Made by a program: the position numbers and the translations under genes
Assembly: GCF_006345805.1 (NCBI RefSeq)
Contig: NC_043007.1
Span: 67,518,001 to 67,582,000 of the forward strand
Direction: 5' to 3'
Source: Octopus sinensis
Lineage: Eukaryota
DNA length: 64,000 bases
The notes under the pieces: generated by a model
What the model saw: the letters and a program-made list of their open reading frames with translations, nothing else
The model's database searches: none
What the model was told of the DNA's origin: nothing
Part shown: positions 24,265 to 39,293 of the stretch, piece after piece
How the letters are laid out: every line of letters starts with the position of its first letter
How positions within the stretch are numbered: the first letter of the stretch is position 1

Positions 24265-27016
24265 TAATAATATATATTTTCCAATTTGAAGCGACAATTT
24301 TCAAAAAACAAACAAATGGCTGAAAAATGATGAGCCAAAATCGAACCCACATATCAATGCTAACACGGCTCCTTGCGCCATCCAATTGGGCCAAACACTT
24401 ACCTATCAATTTTAACCAAATTTAATAAATATATACTTAAACTGTTTAATACTACATATAATATTTGTATGTATGTGTGTGTGTATATATATATGTATAG
24501 TTGGCTGTAGTTGTATAGATGGGAAATTCACAACACAAATATGATTTAGTGCTCTTTTTGGCTGTTATATGAACTTACTCAAATCCAAAGAGATCTATAT
24601 CTTTTTAGAAAATGTTCAACTGTTAAATGCAATTAGCGTATTAATTAAAAAAAAAATTCTCCATAAAAGTCTGGCATTGTGAATTTTTCTATACTTCATT
24701 ATATATAAATGCAACGGTGCTTGGCATACACTAGTTTATACATAATATTGCTGTGTGGTAAGAAGTTTGCTTCTGAACCACATGATTCTGGATTCAATCC
24801 CACTATGTGACACCTTGGGCAAGTGTCTTCTGCTACAGCTCTGAGCCAAGCAAAGAGTTGTGAATGGATTTGGTAGACGGAAACTGAAAGAAGCTCGTGT
24901 GTGTGTGTGTTACTGTCTTTTTGCCTTGACATCACATGATAGCTGTTAAATGTTTCCGTCATGCAAAATATGTCCTTCATTCCCAATCTTCTGTGAAAGC
25001 ATGTCTGGTGATGGGGAAATATTAACTTATTTGGAAACAGGCGAGTGTTGGTAACATAAAAAGGGATCCAACTGTAGAAAATCTGCTTTAACAAAATTCT
25101 GTCCAACCCATGTAAACATTGAAAAGTGGATGTCAAAATGATAATGATGATGTTGAAGAAGAATGTGTATGAATATGTATGTGTAATAGTTAAACCCTGT
25201 CACCTAGTGGTTAGGGGTGTGAGACTCATAATTGTAAGATCATAGGTTTGATTCCTGGATTGGGCAGCATATTTCATTTCATGTTTCTCCAGTCCACTTA
25301 AATGAAAATAAGGACTAGCTGTGTAATGGAGTGGTTTTTTTCTCCCTTCAGTAATCATACCCTTGATGTTCAGCTGGGTTGAGGTTGGGAGGACTGAGAT
25401 GATATCTGTGTCTCCTTGCAACTACATAGGAACCTAAAATAGCTAACAACAGTCTGATACAAGCTTTCAAGTTATACTTGTTTTCAAGTGACAGCTAAGT
25501 TAGCTAGCTAAATAGATAGATAGATAAATGCATACATGGTGGAAGTCAACTTGTGATTGAGCAAGACTGCTTCCTAAACTCCATGTAAGTCCATGCAAAT
25601 GTTACAAGAGTCCAAAAGGTTCCAATATGTGAATTAGTTTTCAGTGATTAAAATGTTGCACAGCACTGAACCCACATTTCAGTGCAATCAGTTATAAAAC
25701 CAGTGGCACAATAACAGTTGAAATGACCAGAAACCAACTGCCCTTCAGGTTTTTTTTATATGAGTTTACCTTCTCCAAGAAGGAAGTTCTAACTAGGAAT
25801 TAGGTGCCCTTTACTCCCATTGGTTCACATGTTTGTCAACCCATTTCTCAGTCTTAACAGGTGCTACTACACTGGGTCAGAGTAGACTTAGGAACAATAG
25901 TGCCTAAGAGGTGGTTCCACATTCTTGAAACCTTTAGAACTCCTGAATTAGGACACCACTACCGGATGCAGTTCAAAGTCATACAAAAATACACGCACAC
26001 ACACAGTACACTGAAATCTAATGCAGGCTGGTTGTTATATTTATAAATATATAATTGTTTATAATTTAGGTTGGAAGCAAACAGTTTTGAGGGAAGGGAG
26101 TTAACACCATTTACTCCAATATGTGACTGGTATTTATTTTATTGACCCTGATAGAATGAAAGGTACACTTGACCCTGCCAAGATCTGAATACAGAATGTA
26201 AAGACCTGGATTAAATATATATGTCAGTCATTATTCAGTTTATTTTAAGATTTCTTGCCAATAGAGAAAGTAACCAGTTTCTAACCTAGATCCAAGGTTC
26301 CTTCATCAGAATTTCAACATCAATAACAGGGTATTTATGTAGGTATGATAGTATGTATGTATGTATTCTCATATCTAGACATGCTCATATATACTTAAAT
26401 GATAAACTTCTGGAAAGTTTTACAGATTTTTACAGTTCCAGTGATGGACTGGATCTGTAGTCTTCAAATTAGCTTTCTCCTTTCTGGTTTTGAGAAGCCT
26501 AATTTCTCAAGATTGGTATTTAGGCAGTGTGTTACATATCCCAGGGCCCCAATAATTACAGGTATAAACCTGAACTTGTAATCTGAGTAGAGTAACTGTA
26601 GATTTCTCAATAGTTCAGCATAGGTGTTTTCGTTTTCACTGGTATGTATCTATGTATGTATGTATGTATGTATGGATGGATGGATGGATGGATGGATGGA
26701 CAGATGGATGGATGGTTGGATGCATGCATGGTCAAGTAGTTGCAGAGTTTGCTTTGCAACCACAAGGACCTAGGCTTGATCCCACTACATGTCAACATGT
26801 ATAGTCTTGGATTGATCTACATCTTGTTAGGGAAACTATATGGAAAACACAAAGGATGGGGCATTTGTAAAATGCTACTTGTTGAAACGGGGAACTAAGC
26901 TAAAATCTTTTGAGAACCACTGCTTTTGTGGCATTGCTCACAAAATGGCAATTTGATTTGTTATGTAGGCCTTCAGAAATTTATTCATGTTCATGGGTCA
27001 GATGAAAGTATGTTAA

Positions 27017-27238
27017 CCCTTTCATTACCAACCCGGCTGAAACTGGCTCTGGCTCTGTAGTACAAATGTCTTGTTTTCATAAATTTTGAATAAAAATATT
27101 TCACTAAACCTTAGTCACAATTTATGTTCCTAACAGTAGCTTAATGATAACTAAGTTATTTTACTAAATTCTTTGTTATATTTAAAATTAATTGAAAGAA
27201 ACACAGAGCATCTCAAAATAAATACAGTAACGAAAGGG
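27017..27238. mobile_element. piggyBac-type MITE
   Basis: TTAA|CCCTTTC ... GAAAGGG|TTAA. Relatives at 37664-37877, about 40897-41110 and about 15570-15700. Confidence 0.8.
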
Positions 27239-27865
27239 TTAAAGCAGAGCTTTCTATGGCTTGATACCCTTTCTGTTGCCTCAGGTGTTTCCAAGTGAAG
27301 TTATAATTTTCCAGTCTATCAGACAACATACAATCTGAACAAGCTTATGTGAAGAACTGGAAACAAACAATACTGCATGAATGAGCCTTTTGTTTTTCAA
27401 AGATTGTGCAGCATGTTAAAAAAGACATGCTTCTGCAGTGGATTGGAAGCAAATGACACCATTAGCAATGTCACTGTTTACAATCAGTGAGCTAATACAC
27501 ATGTGTAGATGGCTTTTTTCAGTTTCTGTCTACCAAATCTACTCACAAGGCTTTGGTCAGCTTGGGGCTATAGTAGAAGACATTCACCCAGGATGTAACT
27601 CAATGGGGCTGAACCTGAAACCATGTGGTTGGGAAGCAAACTTCATAACCACACAGCTATCCTTGTAATGGCTATATAAGTTGTTTTTTCAATGCTAAAT
27701 TGAGCAATATGGTAATTATTCTTTTAATTCCTAAAATTTAAAGAATGAGCTGTAAACTATATAAGATTATAAACCATTACCATTACCTATATACTATTAT
27801 TTTCTAGAAAGTTCTGACAGTCCTTTTTTTTTAAATATGAAGTAGATCAGTATTTTTTATATACT

Positions 27866-28259
27866 CTTTTACTTGTTTCAGTCAGTTTGACTGCAGCCAT
27901 GCTGGAGCGTGACTTTTAGTCGAACAAATTGACCACAGGGCTTATTCTTTGTAAGCCTAATACTTATTCTATTGGTCTCTTTTGCTGAACTTCTAAGTTT
28001 CGGGGATGTAAACACACCAACATCAGTTGTCAAGTGATGGTGGGGATACAAACACAGACACACAAATACAACAGATAGATAGATAGATAGCTAGATAGAT
28101 AAAATAACGACAAGCTTCTTTCAGTTTCTGTCTACCAAATCCACTCACAAGGCTTTGGTTGGCTTGAGGCTATAGTAGAAGACACTTGCCCAATGTGCTA
28201 TGCAGTGGGACTGAACCCGGAACCATGTGGTTGGGAAGCAAGCTTCTTACCACACAGCT
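27866..28259 (-). mobile_element. SINE (same family as 8735-9152)
   Basis: Near full-length copy. Confidence 0.8.
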
Positions 28260-29403
28260 ACAAAGAAAAGATTATGTCAGTTCATCTTGAATAAGGGTTA
28301 AATGACTTTTAATGTATTGTCTCACTATTGGTATGGCTAGATCTTGTTTGATGAGATGCAGAAGTTCATGTGCAACATTAAAGACTTACAACTACATAGT
28401 TAAACTTATTTTTTCTTAAATTCATTTTTGTAATCAGCATTATCCTTATTGATGTAGAGGCAAACCAGCTAAATGGATAATGTTAAAATGTTGGTATTTG
28501 AAAAGAATTCAAGTGTTCAAATGTTGTTGAGATCAACTCAGTCTTTTCATTTTTGGGGTTAATAAAATAAAGTACCAACCAGGTACTGGGGTCAATAGTT
28601 TTAACCCTTCCCCTCAAAATTATTGGCTTTGTACCTAAATTAGAAATAACATGAACCCTTTCATTACCACCATGTTTCAGATCATTTCTGTTTCTGATGC
28701 CAAATCTCTAACTTTAAAGTGTTCACATCTAAGTTAAAAACCTCTCCTCATAATTTTATGTAAATCCCTTTCTCTGTTAAGTAGTGTTTCAAAACCTGAC
28801 TTAATAGTAAAAAAGTTAGTTATTTCATAGTCTTTCCAAATTCTTCATCATCATTTAACATCCACTTTTCCATGATTATATGTGTCAGATAGAATTTCTA
28901 GAGGCAGATTTTCTATGGCCAAATGCCCCGTGTTGTCAACCCTCACCCGTTTACAAGCAAGATAATAGTTCCCCTTGGCCAGACTTGTTTTCATTGAAGA
29001 TTGGAAATGAATGATGACTCTGTGCCCGAAAGGTTAGGGTTACAACTATCATATAATGTCAAGAAAAGGAGATATGCACATATACATAAATACTAACACA
29101 CGAAACTCAGGCCACGAGTCACCTGTTACTTCTGCTAAATATTAACAAAAATATGTATGTATGAATGAATGATTTTATGGGCTTCTTTCAGTTTCAGCTT
29201 AACAAATCCACATGTAGTGGAACTGAAATAAAAAACATGAGATTGGGAAGCAAACTTCTTAACCACAGAGTCATGTACACACTTTGTTTATTTTTGAAAA
29301 TTAATTGAAACAAATTGGCAATATATTTAATTAAAAATAAGGTCTTAAAAATGTTAAGTAATAACTTGTAGTTCATATTCATTGTACATGTATTATTGTA
29401 TGC

Positions 29404-29774
29404 CCAGGTATGACACCTGTTAATTGCTTCATTTCATACCTGGATGCAATACATTATTTCATTTTGTACTTGGATGCAACACCTGTTACTTGCCTCATTT
29501 CACACCCAAGTGAAACACATAATACTTGCTTCATTTCATACCTGGGTACAGCATGTCAGCTGCCTCATTTCATACCTGGATGTAACACATTTTTTTACCT
29601 CATTTCACAACTGGGTGCAACACATTTTTTCACCTCACTTCACACCTGGGTGCAACACATAATACTTGCCTTATTTCATACCTGAGTGTGACACACATTA
29701 TTTGCCTCATTTTATACCTGGATATGACACATATTGTACATGGGTGCAGTACATATTATTTGACTCATTTCACC
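29404..29774. repeat. Degenerate minisatellite, ~33-35-bp unit (TGCCTCATTTCATACCTGGGTGCAACACAT), about 10 units
   Basis: Directly visible. Confidence 0.9.
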
Positions 29775-31149
29775 AAGCAGTGATGAGTGGCTCTCAGATT
29801 TTTTGGTTGGGATGTTACCTATGATAGACTGAAGACATTAGTCCCTCTCATCTGCTAAAACATCACATCACTAAGTATTATACTCTAGCACTATGGAACC
29901 TTTGTTATTCAATGAAAGGGTTGATTTCATGAGACAGTCACCATAGCAGCTACCACCAAGCAAGCACACACACACACACACACAAGTATACGTTGATTGA
30001 CTAATTATTGATCTCTATATAAATTCTGTAAAAATCAGTCTGCTTGCTCTGTAAATGCATTCCATTAGCTTTTCCAGTGCAAGAGACTAGTACCTGAACC
30101 TTATAAATTTACTTATTTTGAATATATAAACTCTACAGGTGTCCTTTCATTAAGACCAACTGATGTCAAAAAATATTCAAGGTAAGTGTAGGGAAGGAAC
30201 ACAATAAGAAATATATTTAAACCCATTCAAAATTCAGCTTTAACGTGTTACCAGTTGCAAGGCTACAACTTGAATTTGTATATGTTTTACCTGTGTGTGT
30301 TATTGTTCATATATATATGTGTGTGTGTGTGTGAATGTCTACATAAGTATTATATTGACCAGACTATCAGATGTTATATACCACTAGTCACAATATGCTT
30401 CCTTGCATTGTAGCTTTCAAATGCTAGGCTAGGTAAGTAGGTAGGCCAATATTATTCCTTATTGGGATACCTGTCTATCACAGGGGTATCCAATTTTACA
30501 GCTAAGAGAACTTGAATAACAATGAAAGGAAGAGTTTTGCTCAAGAGCACAATGTACTATTCCGAGAATCGAAACCATGACCTTGTGATCGTGAGTGCAA
30601 CACCCTAACCACAAGGCCATGCGCTTTCACACACTCATGTATGTGTGTGTATACACCTCTATCCAAATATATCTTCTGTTACTGTATTGTTTCTGTCCAT
30701 AATTTGGCATCGCAGTTGTATGTTGTTGTCCTTCACCTACTCCTTATTTGTCCATCAACTCTGTAATACTCCCTATATCACTGGTGCAACCAGAGGAGTA
30801 GTACCATGGAATTTAAAGCCTCCAGACTTTAAATATGCTGAAACTATGCTCGAGTCTGATCTCCATGGCTAATTTCCAATAATCCTTTCCATTCTCTATT
30901 TTGACTTTTCATTTTATGATTGTAAATAGCACATATACATACACACTGTCATTTTATACTTGCACCCCACTTCCTCTGTCTATCTCTCTCTATTTATGTA
31001 CGTATATATATATAGGTTTCGTTTATTTCGGGGTAGAAAATATATATTTTTTTTTACACCAGTTGTGTATATAATTGAGTGAAATACTAGTGATAAAGAA
31101 CAAAGCTATAATTCAAGCCTGTAATCAGTTTAAATAAAATAATAATGAA

Positions 31150-31392
31150 TGCACCCTTTTAAAGCCTAACCAGGATCATGGGCCCAGTTTCCTGGTTTCA
31201 ATGGTGTATGTGTTTCCCTGCTGGACGTCAGTCCATCGCAGCGTTACTCATTTTTGCCAGCTGAGTGGACTGGAGCAACGTGAAATGAAGTGTTTTGCTC
31301 AAGAACACAATGTGTCGCCAGGTCCAGGAATCAAAACCACAATCTTACGATCATGATGTTGACACCCTAACCACTAAGCCATGCGTCTCCAC
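31150..31392 (-). mobile_element. tRNA-derived SINE (family of 6946-7269)
   Basis: Reverse-complement head CCACTAAGCCATGCGTCTCC and central CAGCTGAGTGGACTGGAGCAAC. Confidence 0.75.
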
Positions 31393-33244
31393 GTAATCAG
31401 TTTAACTTACATAAATTAACACAGCTGTCATATTGTTTTCAATCAGACACTTCTTTAATGATATATTAATTTTGGAGATTCTTGAGAATATCTTCTTTTG
31501 TCCTTTAAAGTTGGTACCAATTACTGCCAAGTGGTTTGTCTATCTCTGGAAACAGAGATAATTCCAATAAATCAAGAATTTATCTTATATTTGTTTTTTA
31601 ATATATTTTTTATTCCTTTTCGTTGTTCAGATACATGCCACTGGCTACTCTGAGTTATGTCTCTAAGTTCATTTTCATTTCATTTATATATACACATGTA
31701 CATAAGTGCACATATATACATAAGTACACACACATGCAAGCAAACGCATATACAATCACATGCCCACACACACACATACAATCACACACACATATATATT
31801 TATGTATGTATATACATACATAGGGGCCACCTGAAAAATAACTGGTGTGGAATTTAAATCTGAAGCAAGAGTTTAAATACACACTATACTCTATACCTTG
31901 TATTGGGTACCTTCCACTTTAGTTTACAAAGTGTGACATTTGAATTATCTATGTGCATGTGTACTAAAGAAAAAGAGATGTTATATAATATAGCACATGA
32001 GATGTTTCAAGAGGTACCTTGATTGTTTATACGTACAATATTGCTTGTTATAGAATTGATTTAAGAGCAAAGGGAATTGAGTTACATGAAATATATTTTG
32101 GATATGTCAAAAGATTACATAATATATTAGATATGTCAAGTTTATATCTGGAGACGAGCATATAAGCCTTACATACACCTGTACACGCACGTGCACACAT
32201 ATACAAAAGGGGATTTCTTACACAGACAAGAAGCCATAGCTTTATTGGTAAAAGAAAAAGGGACATTACCATGGCTTTTTTTCCTAAGTGAATTAATAGT
32301 ATTAACACATTAACAGTATTAATTATAACATCGACAACATTAACCATATCATGTGTGTATGTGTGTATATAGTCAGCTTTTCATCTGGTTTCCACATTTC
32401 TGAGTGAAAGAAAGTGATGTATTTTTTCCATTCAGTTATGTCCAATAGGTGTTAATTTACCTCTCCATAACTAGATGGTTCTTCAGCATGAAGCCATTTA
32501 GTAATATATATTGGCTTGTATGAGAGTAGATTTATAATAATAATTATAATAATTCTTTCAAATTTTGGCACAAGGCCAGCAATTTCGGGGAGAAGGGGTG
32601 AGTCAATTACATTGACTCCAGTACTTGACTCATACTTATTCAACCCTAAAAGAATGAAAGGCAAAGTCAACTTTGGTGGGATTTGAGCTCAAATAAATGC
32701 TATTAGGCATTTTGTCCAGTGCAGTAACAACTCTGCCAGCTCACTGCTGTTGTTGTTGTAATAATAATAATAATAAGTTTCAAATTTTGGCACAAGATCA
32801 AAATTTGGAGGGGTCAAGTCAATTATATTGATTCCAGTGTTCAACTGGTACTTACTTTATCGACCCCAAAAAGATGAAAGGTAAAGTCGACTCCGGTGGC
32901 ATTTGAACTCAGATCGTAAAGATGGATAAAAAACTGCTAAGCATTTCACCCAGCATGCTAACGATTCTGCCAGTTCACTGCCTTAAATAAGAACAACAAC
33001 AATAATAATAATAATAATAATGTAATATAATATATATATAAAGTTTTAGTTTATTTTCTTGTACAGAATGCACATAGATGTGCTCAATACAACCTCATGT
33101 TAAAAAAATATTAATTGTAGACTCGGCTAGATATTTATTCATGTTATTTATGTGGGGGATGCAGGGATGATGCACCAACTGATGTGTATAGTTGACCAAA
33201 GTGCCTTTCAAATTAAACTATAATTTGTATGAGCCATCCTTGTT

Positions 33245-33313
<69 letters not shown>

Positions 33314-36300
33314 TATATGGTGAGAGAGAGACATACATAAATAAATATCTGTGCATGAAAATTGATACAAAATTTCATCTGCAGAAAGATCTAAGGTAAA
33401 TATGTTGTTTTTTGTTTTTTTTTTAACCCTTTTTATTGAATTTAATATTTAAAAAGAATGTTATATTTTCTTTTATAAATTTAGCAAAAATGTTATAAAG
33501 AACATAGATATGAGTTACATCAACTTGTCTGAATAATAAATTTAAACAACTAATTAAAAAAAAATATAAAAGTGACCACATCTTAGAGATCCAAGATACA
33601 AGATACAATTTTGCAACCAAGTTTTGATACTTGGTTGTCCCATTTTCACCCCACTTGTGCCTTATAGCATCAGCCGATTCCATATTGTAATCAGTAGCCG
33701 AGAGAAGGTATTTTTTTTTTTCCAGTCTTGACTTGACTTTTGTCAAGTTCTTTCATGGTTGACTTGCTGTCAAGCATCTGCGTTCAAAACCAAATGTTTC
33801 AAAGATGATATAATGAACCAATAAGGTTTAAGATCAATATTCATTTTATCAACAAAAAAATCTTTCAAAAGTTTCTTTATATAGTTTTAATCACTGTTTA
33901 ACCACAGGTCACTTCTGATTGGGTCAACGATATTCAAACCATAATGCTGTAACAGTCTTGTTTTAACTTCAGGCATAGTGTATCAAGGACTATATGAACA
34001 GACTATCCTTCTCTTAAGCATTGTACATCTAGGACAATATTATCCAATGTATTCTTCTGGTTTTTTTTTAAGATGGCAAGGTATAATTTAAGGGAGATTT
34101 TGGTTGCTATTTCTAGCAGGTTGAGTGATAATGCAGGGGATGCAATTTATAACTTGTTTCCTATTGTATCTTGTCACAAAATCAGTTTCCCTATAACATT
34201 ATTTATAAATATCACAGCTTACTGAACCAACATGAGTAGGGGGCTACCAGCTCACAGTCCGAAGGGTCGAAAGCTTCAGCTCATGAACTGGTGGTGTGCT
34301 ATGTCCCAGTTATCATTAATATTGGTACAGGGACATGAATTGAAAATAATAAGAGGGGAAAGATATAGTTGCTTGAATCAATCTCAGTACATGACTAATC
34401 CTTATATTTGTGGTCCCTGGATGGTTGAAGGGCTAAGTCAACTCCCGAAAGAGTTTACTGAAAGGTATTATTGTTATTTAACTTTATGATTATAAATGGT
34501 AACCCAGTCACTCCTTTATATATATATCGGGGACAATATTGCTTATGATAGCATTCCTTTTTAAGATGGTAGGGAGATTTGCCTGTTATTCCTAGCAAAG
34601 CAGTTCAAGTACTTAGAGGCTCCCTTGCTACAGTCAACCAACTCCTTAGAGGTTCCCTTGCTGGTGCAATATGTATATAAGGGTGTTATTTAGTCTAGTG
34701 TTTCATTGTTTCTGCCAACTTCAGTAGGGTACTACTATCTTGGCACAGAGCCACAATTTTGTTGGGATGGAGGGTAATATAGTTGATTGAAGTGACCCCA
34801 GTACATGACTGGTACTTATTTTATTGACAGACAAAGTCAACACAAGACTTAAAGAGATGCATATACAACTGTACAGTGTTTTAGTCAGACACTCAACCAG
34901 TCTACAGTGTTTGTTGGTATAGAGCAACCCAATGTTAAATGGGTAGGAAACAAATCTTGTTGTTATTGTTGTATAGTTGCTGCTCAGATCTGTTTTTGCA
35001 GACCTATAACTTGCAGTTAGTTGGTCAAGTGACTGATTCACAGATCCATTTTAGAATTATTAGGTCTCTTCTTATCTGAGGACCACACTGCACACTTCGA
35101 CATACAGTGAACAATTATGATAAAATTAGCAGAGAAATAATTGTCAAAATGATTTCTTAATTAGGCACAGAATCTTTTTCCTCTCTTTTCTTGTTTTTGC
35201 AGCTCTGCTGCACACAGGTGTATGGTGGTCATTGTTGTTACACCGTCATGTTTGCATCAGATGGAGGATTTGAAAGGAGGAAATAGGGATTACATCTAGG
35301 CAAGAGTCAGGATCAAAATGAGGTTAGAGATAAGGGAGATAATTCATAACTGCTATTTATGTGATTGTGCTTTGGAAGAGCATCTGCAACCACCAGGTGA
35401 GGTTGATCTTGAAGTTTACAGCCCAGAGGGCATCTTGAAGCTGGCTGTCAGCATTTTTAGACTCCATTGAAACCTCATAGAAGTAGAATCCAGTGGTTTG
35501 CAAAATATACAGCACAATGCTTGCTGTAGAAAACAAATCCACAAATAAGGGGTCAGAAATTTATCATTTACCCAACATGTCTTCCAGAAAAGATATAGGT
35601 TTATTTTAGCTTAAAGTAAGGCCAGAATTATTTTTTTAATTTTTTAATTTTTTTGTAAGTGGCAGGGTGCAAGGTGTTATAAACAGTTTAACTGATCTCC
35701 AGTATTTGTACTTAGTTAAATGACACCAAGAGACCTGAACTAAAAACAATGGGTTATTAAAATTAGATATGGTAAATTGTCCAGTATGAAAGTCTATAAC
35801 GTACTCCATCCCAACAACTGTCTCAAATAAAAGATCAACAAATGTTTTAAGGTCATTTTCCTAGTTAAAGTAGAGTCTAACCTTGTGGACCTTATAACAG
35901 TTCAATTATTGCCATCATGGTCCTCTTTTTTGAGGTAGTGTTTTACAGTTGGATGCCCTTCCTGTCACTAATTCTTTTAGTTACAGCATACAGGGATAAG
36001 GTGTACCTATTGTAAAACGCAGATACACACCGACTCGAGTAAAAAGAACCATCAACCAAAAAAAGAAAAAAAAAGATTTCTTTTGATGAAGCACAAGGAC
36101 TCAATATTTACACAGGCAGGGAAAATGTGAAGTTGTAACATTCATGCTTATCTCAAGAATGGTAAGTAATATAAGTGATTAGACTTCAATCAAGAACTGA
36201 AAGTAGGTCACAGATTCAGCTCACTGTCAACTTGCCAATTTCTATGGGACATTTGTAGTAGTAGTAGTAGTAGTAGTAATAATAATAATAAATCCTAACA

Positions 36301-36669
36301 TAGGTACAAGGCCACTAATATTTTTGTCATGAGCAGTAAATCAATTAAATTGCCCCAAGCTTTATTGGTGCTTTATTTTTATCAACTGTAAAAAGATATA
36401 AAGCAAAGCTGACCTTGGTGAGATTTGAACTTGAAGCATAAAAGGGTACAAGCAAATACAACAAGGTCAATGCAGATATGCTTCTGCCAATCAACTGCCC
36501 GGTAAATATATATTTATACAGAAAAAATTGAGATTCAGTTGAATTATGTACTTGAAGCACCAAGTCAGTCTGGTGTTATCCGAATAGCTTGAAGGTGAAT
36601 AAAATCAAAATAAGCAATAAAATATTAAGAAGTGATGTAGTACGACCATTTCAAGCTGCTTGAAACAGA

Positions 36670-36700
<31 letters not shown>

Positions 36701-37663
36701 AGCCTGATATGTTATGTGTGTTAATGTCTTAGACGATAATAATGGCCAAATTTTTTTAAAGATAAAAGGTGATCAATGAAATTGATTACTATATAGTATT
36801 GGTATATATTGAGTGCTGAAGGACTCAAAGCAGTTCAAGTACTTAGAGTTGGTCTCAGTGTGATTTGAACTGAGAACTTAAAAGAATGTAACTAAGTAAG
36901 ACCCAGTATTCTATCTATTGCTCTAACTACTGCCCAACCACAGCTCTACACAATGTCATCTGTTGCTCTATTGTACGACCCACAGCCCTACACAATACCA
37001 CAAGGTATTTCACCTGCTGCTTTATTCTGCTGTCTGCAATCCTACACAGCATCACATGGTATTTTTATCTGTTGCTCTATTCAGCCATCGATAGACCTTC
37101 ACAATGATAATAATTCTAATCTTAGCATAAGGCCTGCAATTTTATGAGAGCCGGGTAAATTATTACCATTGGCCCCAGAACTCACTGGTACTTACTTATC
37201 ACCTCCAAAAGAATGACAAAGTCAACCTTGGTAGAATTTGAACTCAGAATGTAAAATGCTAGAAGAAAAACCACAAAGCATTTTATCTGGCAACAATTCT
37301 GCCACCTCACTGCCTTTACTTCTTTCTAATTTTGGCACAAGGCCAGCAGTTTTTTATGGGGAGATGGTAAGTTGAGTACATCGACTCAGTGCTTAACTGG
37401 TACTTGGCAGCATTTGAACTCAGAATGTAAAGAGTTGGAATGAACACCACAAAGCATTACTTCTGGTACTCTAACAATTCTGCCAGCATGCTGCCTTGAT
37501 GAGAAAGATAATAATTATAATAATTTTTATTTTATTTTAAGGAAATCTTAGGAGAGAATGTCTCCAATTTAATGAGTTAGCAATTATGCATATTTATCTG
37601 AACAGTCCCTTAACGAGATGAAAGACTCAGTATTTGATATTTTGGTTGATATTCAATAGTTAA

Positions 37664-37877
37664 CCCTTTCAATACCAACCAATCTAAGACTGACTCTGGT
37701 TCTATGATACAAATATCCTGTTTTAAAGAGATCTAAATTAAAAGCCTTCCATCAAAATTTCATGTTAATTTATGTTCCAAATACCAGCTTAGTAATGACT
37801 AAGTTATTTCACTAAATACATAATTATTTTAATTGATACAAGGCAGAGTAGTTGAGAGAAATACATTAATGAAAGGG
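37664..37877. mobile_element. piggyBac-type MITE
   Basis: TTAA|CCCTTTC ... GAAAGGG|TTAG. Confidence 0.75.
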
Positions 37878-39293
37878 TTAGATAAATATAAAAAAAAAGA
37901 ATAAATGGTAATCAACAAGAATCATAACAATAACTACTAAAATTAAATTGCAATTACAAAAATTGCTGGTTTTTTAAGTAACATTTTAATGGCGGTGTAA
38001 AAACATTTTCAACTTATTTAACTTTTCCTTTTGTTCTACTTTCTTTCAGTTTTCAGATTGTGGCCATGCTGGGGCACAACTTTCAAGGACACTGTTGATC
38101 ATATATCAACCTCAATACCTGTCTGGTATTAATTTCTATCAATCTCGGGAAGATGGATGATCAAAGTTGACCTGGGTGGATCATGAATTCAGAAATATAA
38201 AATATAAAAAAAAAACACAATCAAGTACTATAAGCTATTTTTATCTTATACCAATACTGTACCAATTTTACCAATTCTTCCTTCCATCTAATTCAACACT
38301 ATAAGCCATCTTACAATATCCTGCATCCAAGCAGTTGTAGTTCCCCCGAACATTGTATACAATAAGGTCATTATTATAATTATTCTAAATTTGCTATTTC
38401 TAAAATCATTTAATATATAAGTTTTCCTTTTTCATCTAAGAAATGAAAATCTTTTTTGCTTAGTAATGTGTCTAATTAATAGTTAATAATACACTGGTTA
38501 ATTATCCTGTATTCACTCATTTCTTTATTATATTTACAAGGAATGTACTGCAGTGATAAACTCTCATTGAGTTATAGCAGTAATATATTGGGGTTAAACT
38601 GACAGGAGTAGTTATTTCACTTATATTGTCACTGCTAATCACCTTGAGGCGCAGATAAATGCCACCTATCTATCCCTGAGAAAGGTATGAATGTATAATA
38701 ATCCCATTTCCTCACTTCTGTGAATATGAAGACTTTGTGCTTCCATAAAGAAATTTTTCTAATTTAACCAGATGGACTTCTAAAACATGTTGGCACTCAT
38801 TTAATAATTCCATCCAAGGAACCCATTTTTGAATTTTAGAATATATTTTTTTTTCTTTTGGACATTCGGAAATATAACTTATATTAACACTATTATGTGG
38901 ACATTAAGGAATCAAAAAACAAAGATGTCAAATGTCAGCAATAACAACAATAGTTTTCCTTCCCTATGTAAATTATTTCTTAAAAAATTGAAAAAAAAAA
39001 AAATCCCTAGAAAAACCAAAGAATTTTTTTAAAAAAGAGAAAAAAAGGGGGAAGGAGAAAGAGAAAGGGATAGAACTTGTTTAAATATAACAGTAATAGT
39101 ATTATAATTACTGTTGTCATTAAATTTTTTTTTTGCTTTTTCAGTTAAATATATTACATGAATGTAATTATGAGATGGGCATAATTGGTATGGAGGAGTT
39201 ATTAATTAACAAACACCAGAGTCTGATTATTTAGGTGCGTCTGCTGATAGATGTTGGAAATGTTGGTCGTATATAGAAACATCTCTTTGTGAA

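Noticed and set aside
29404-29774. CRISPR-like periodic repeat
   Set aside because: Eukaryotic context, degenerate contiguous units, no unique spacers and no cas genes.
29780-29832. C box (GTGATGA) ... D box (CTGA) snoRNA candidate
   Set aside because: No terminal stem, short length, no convincing C'/D' boxes and no recognisable rRNA guide.
33423-33746. 107-aa minus-strand ORF
   Set aside because: No coherent splice sites, an AT-rich tail and no recognisable domain.
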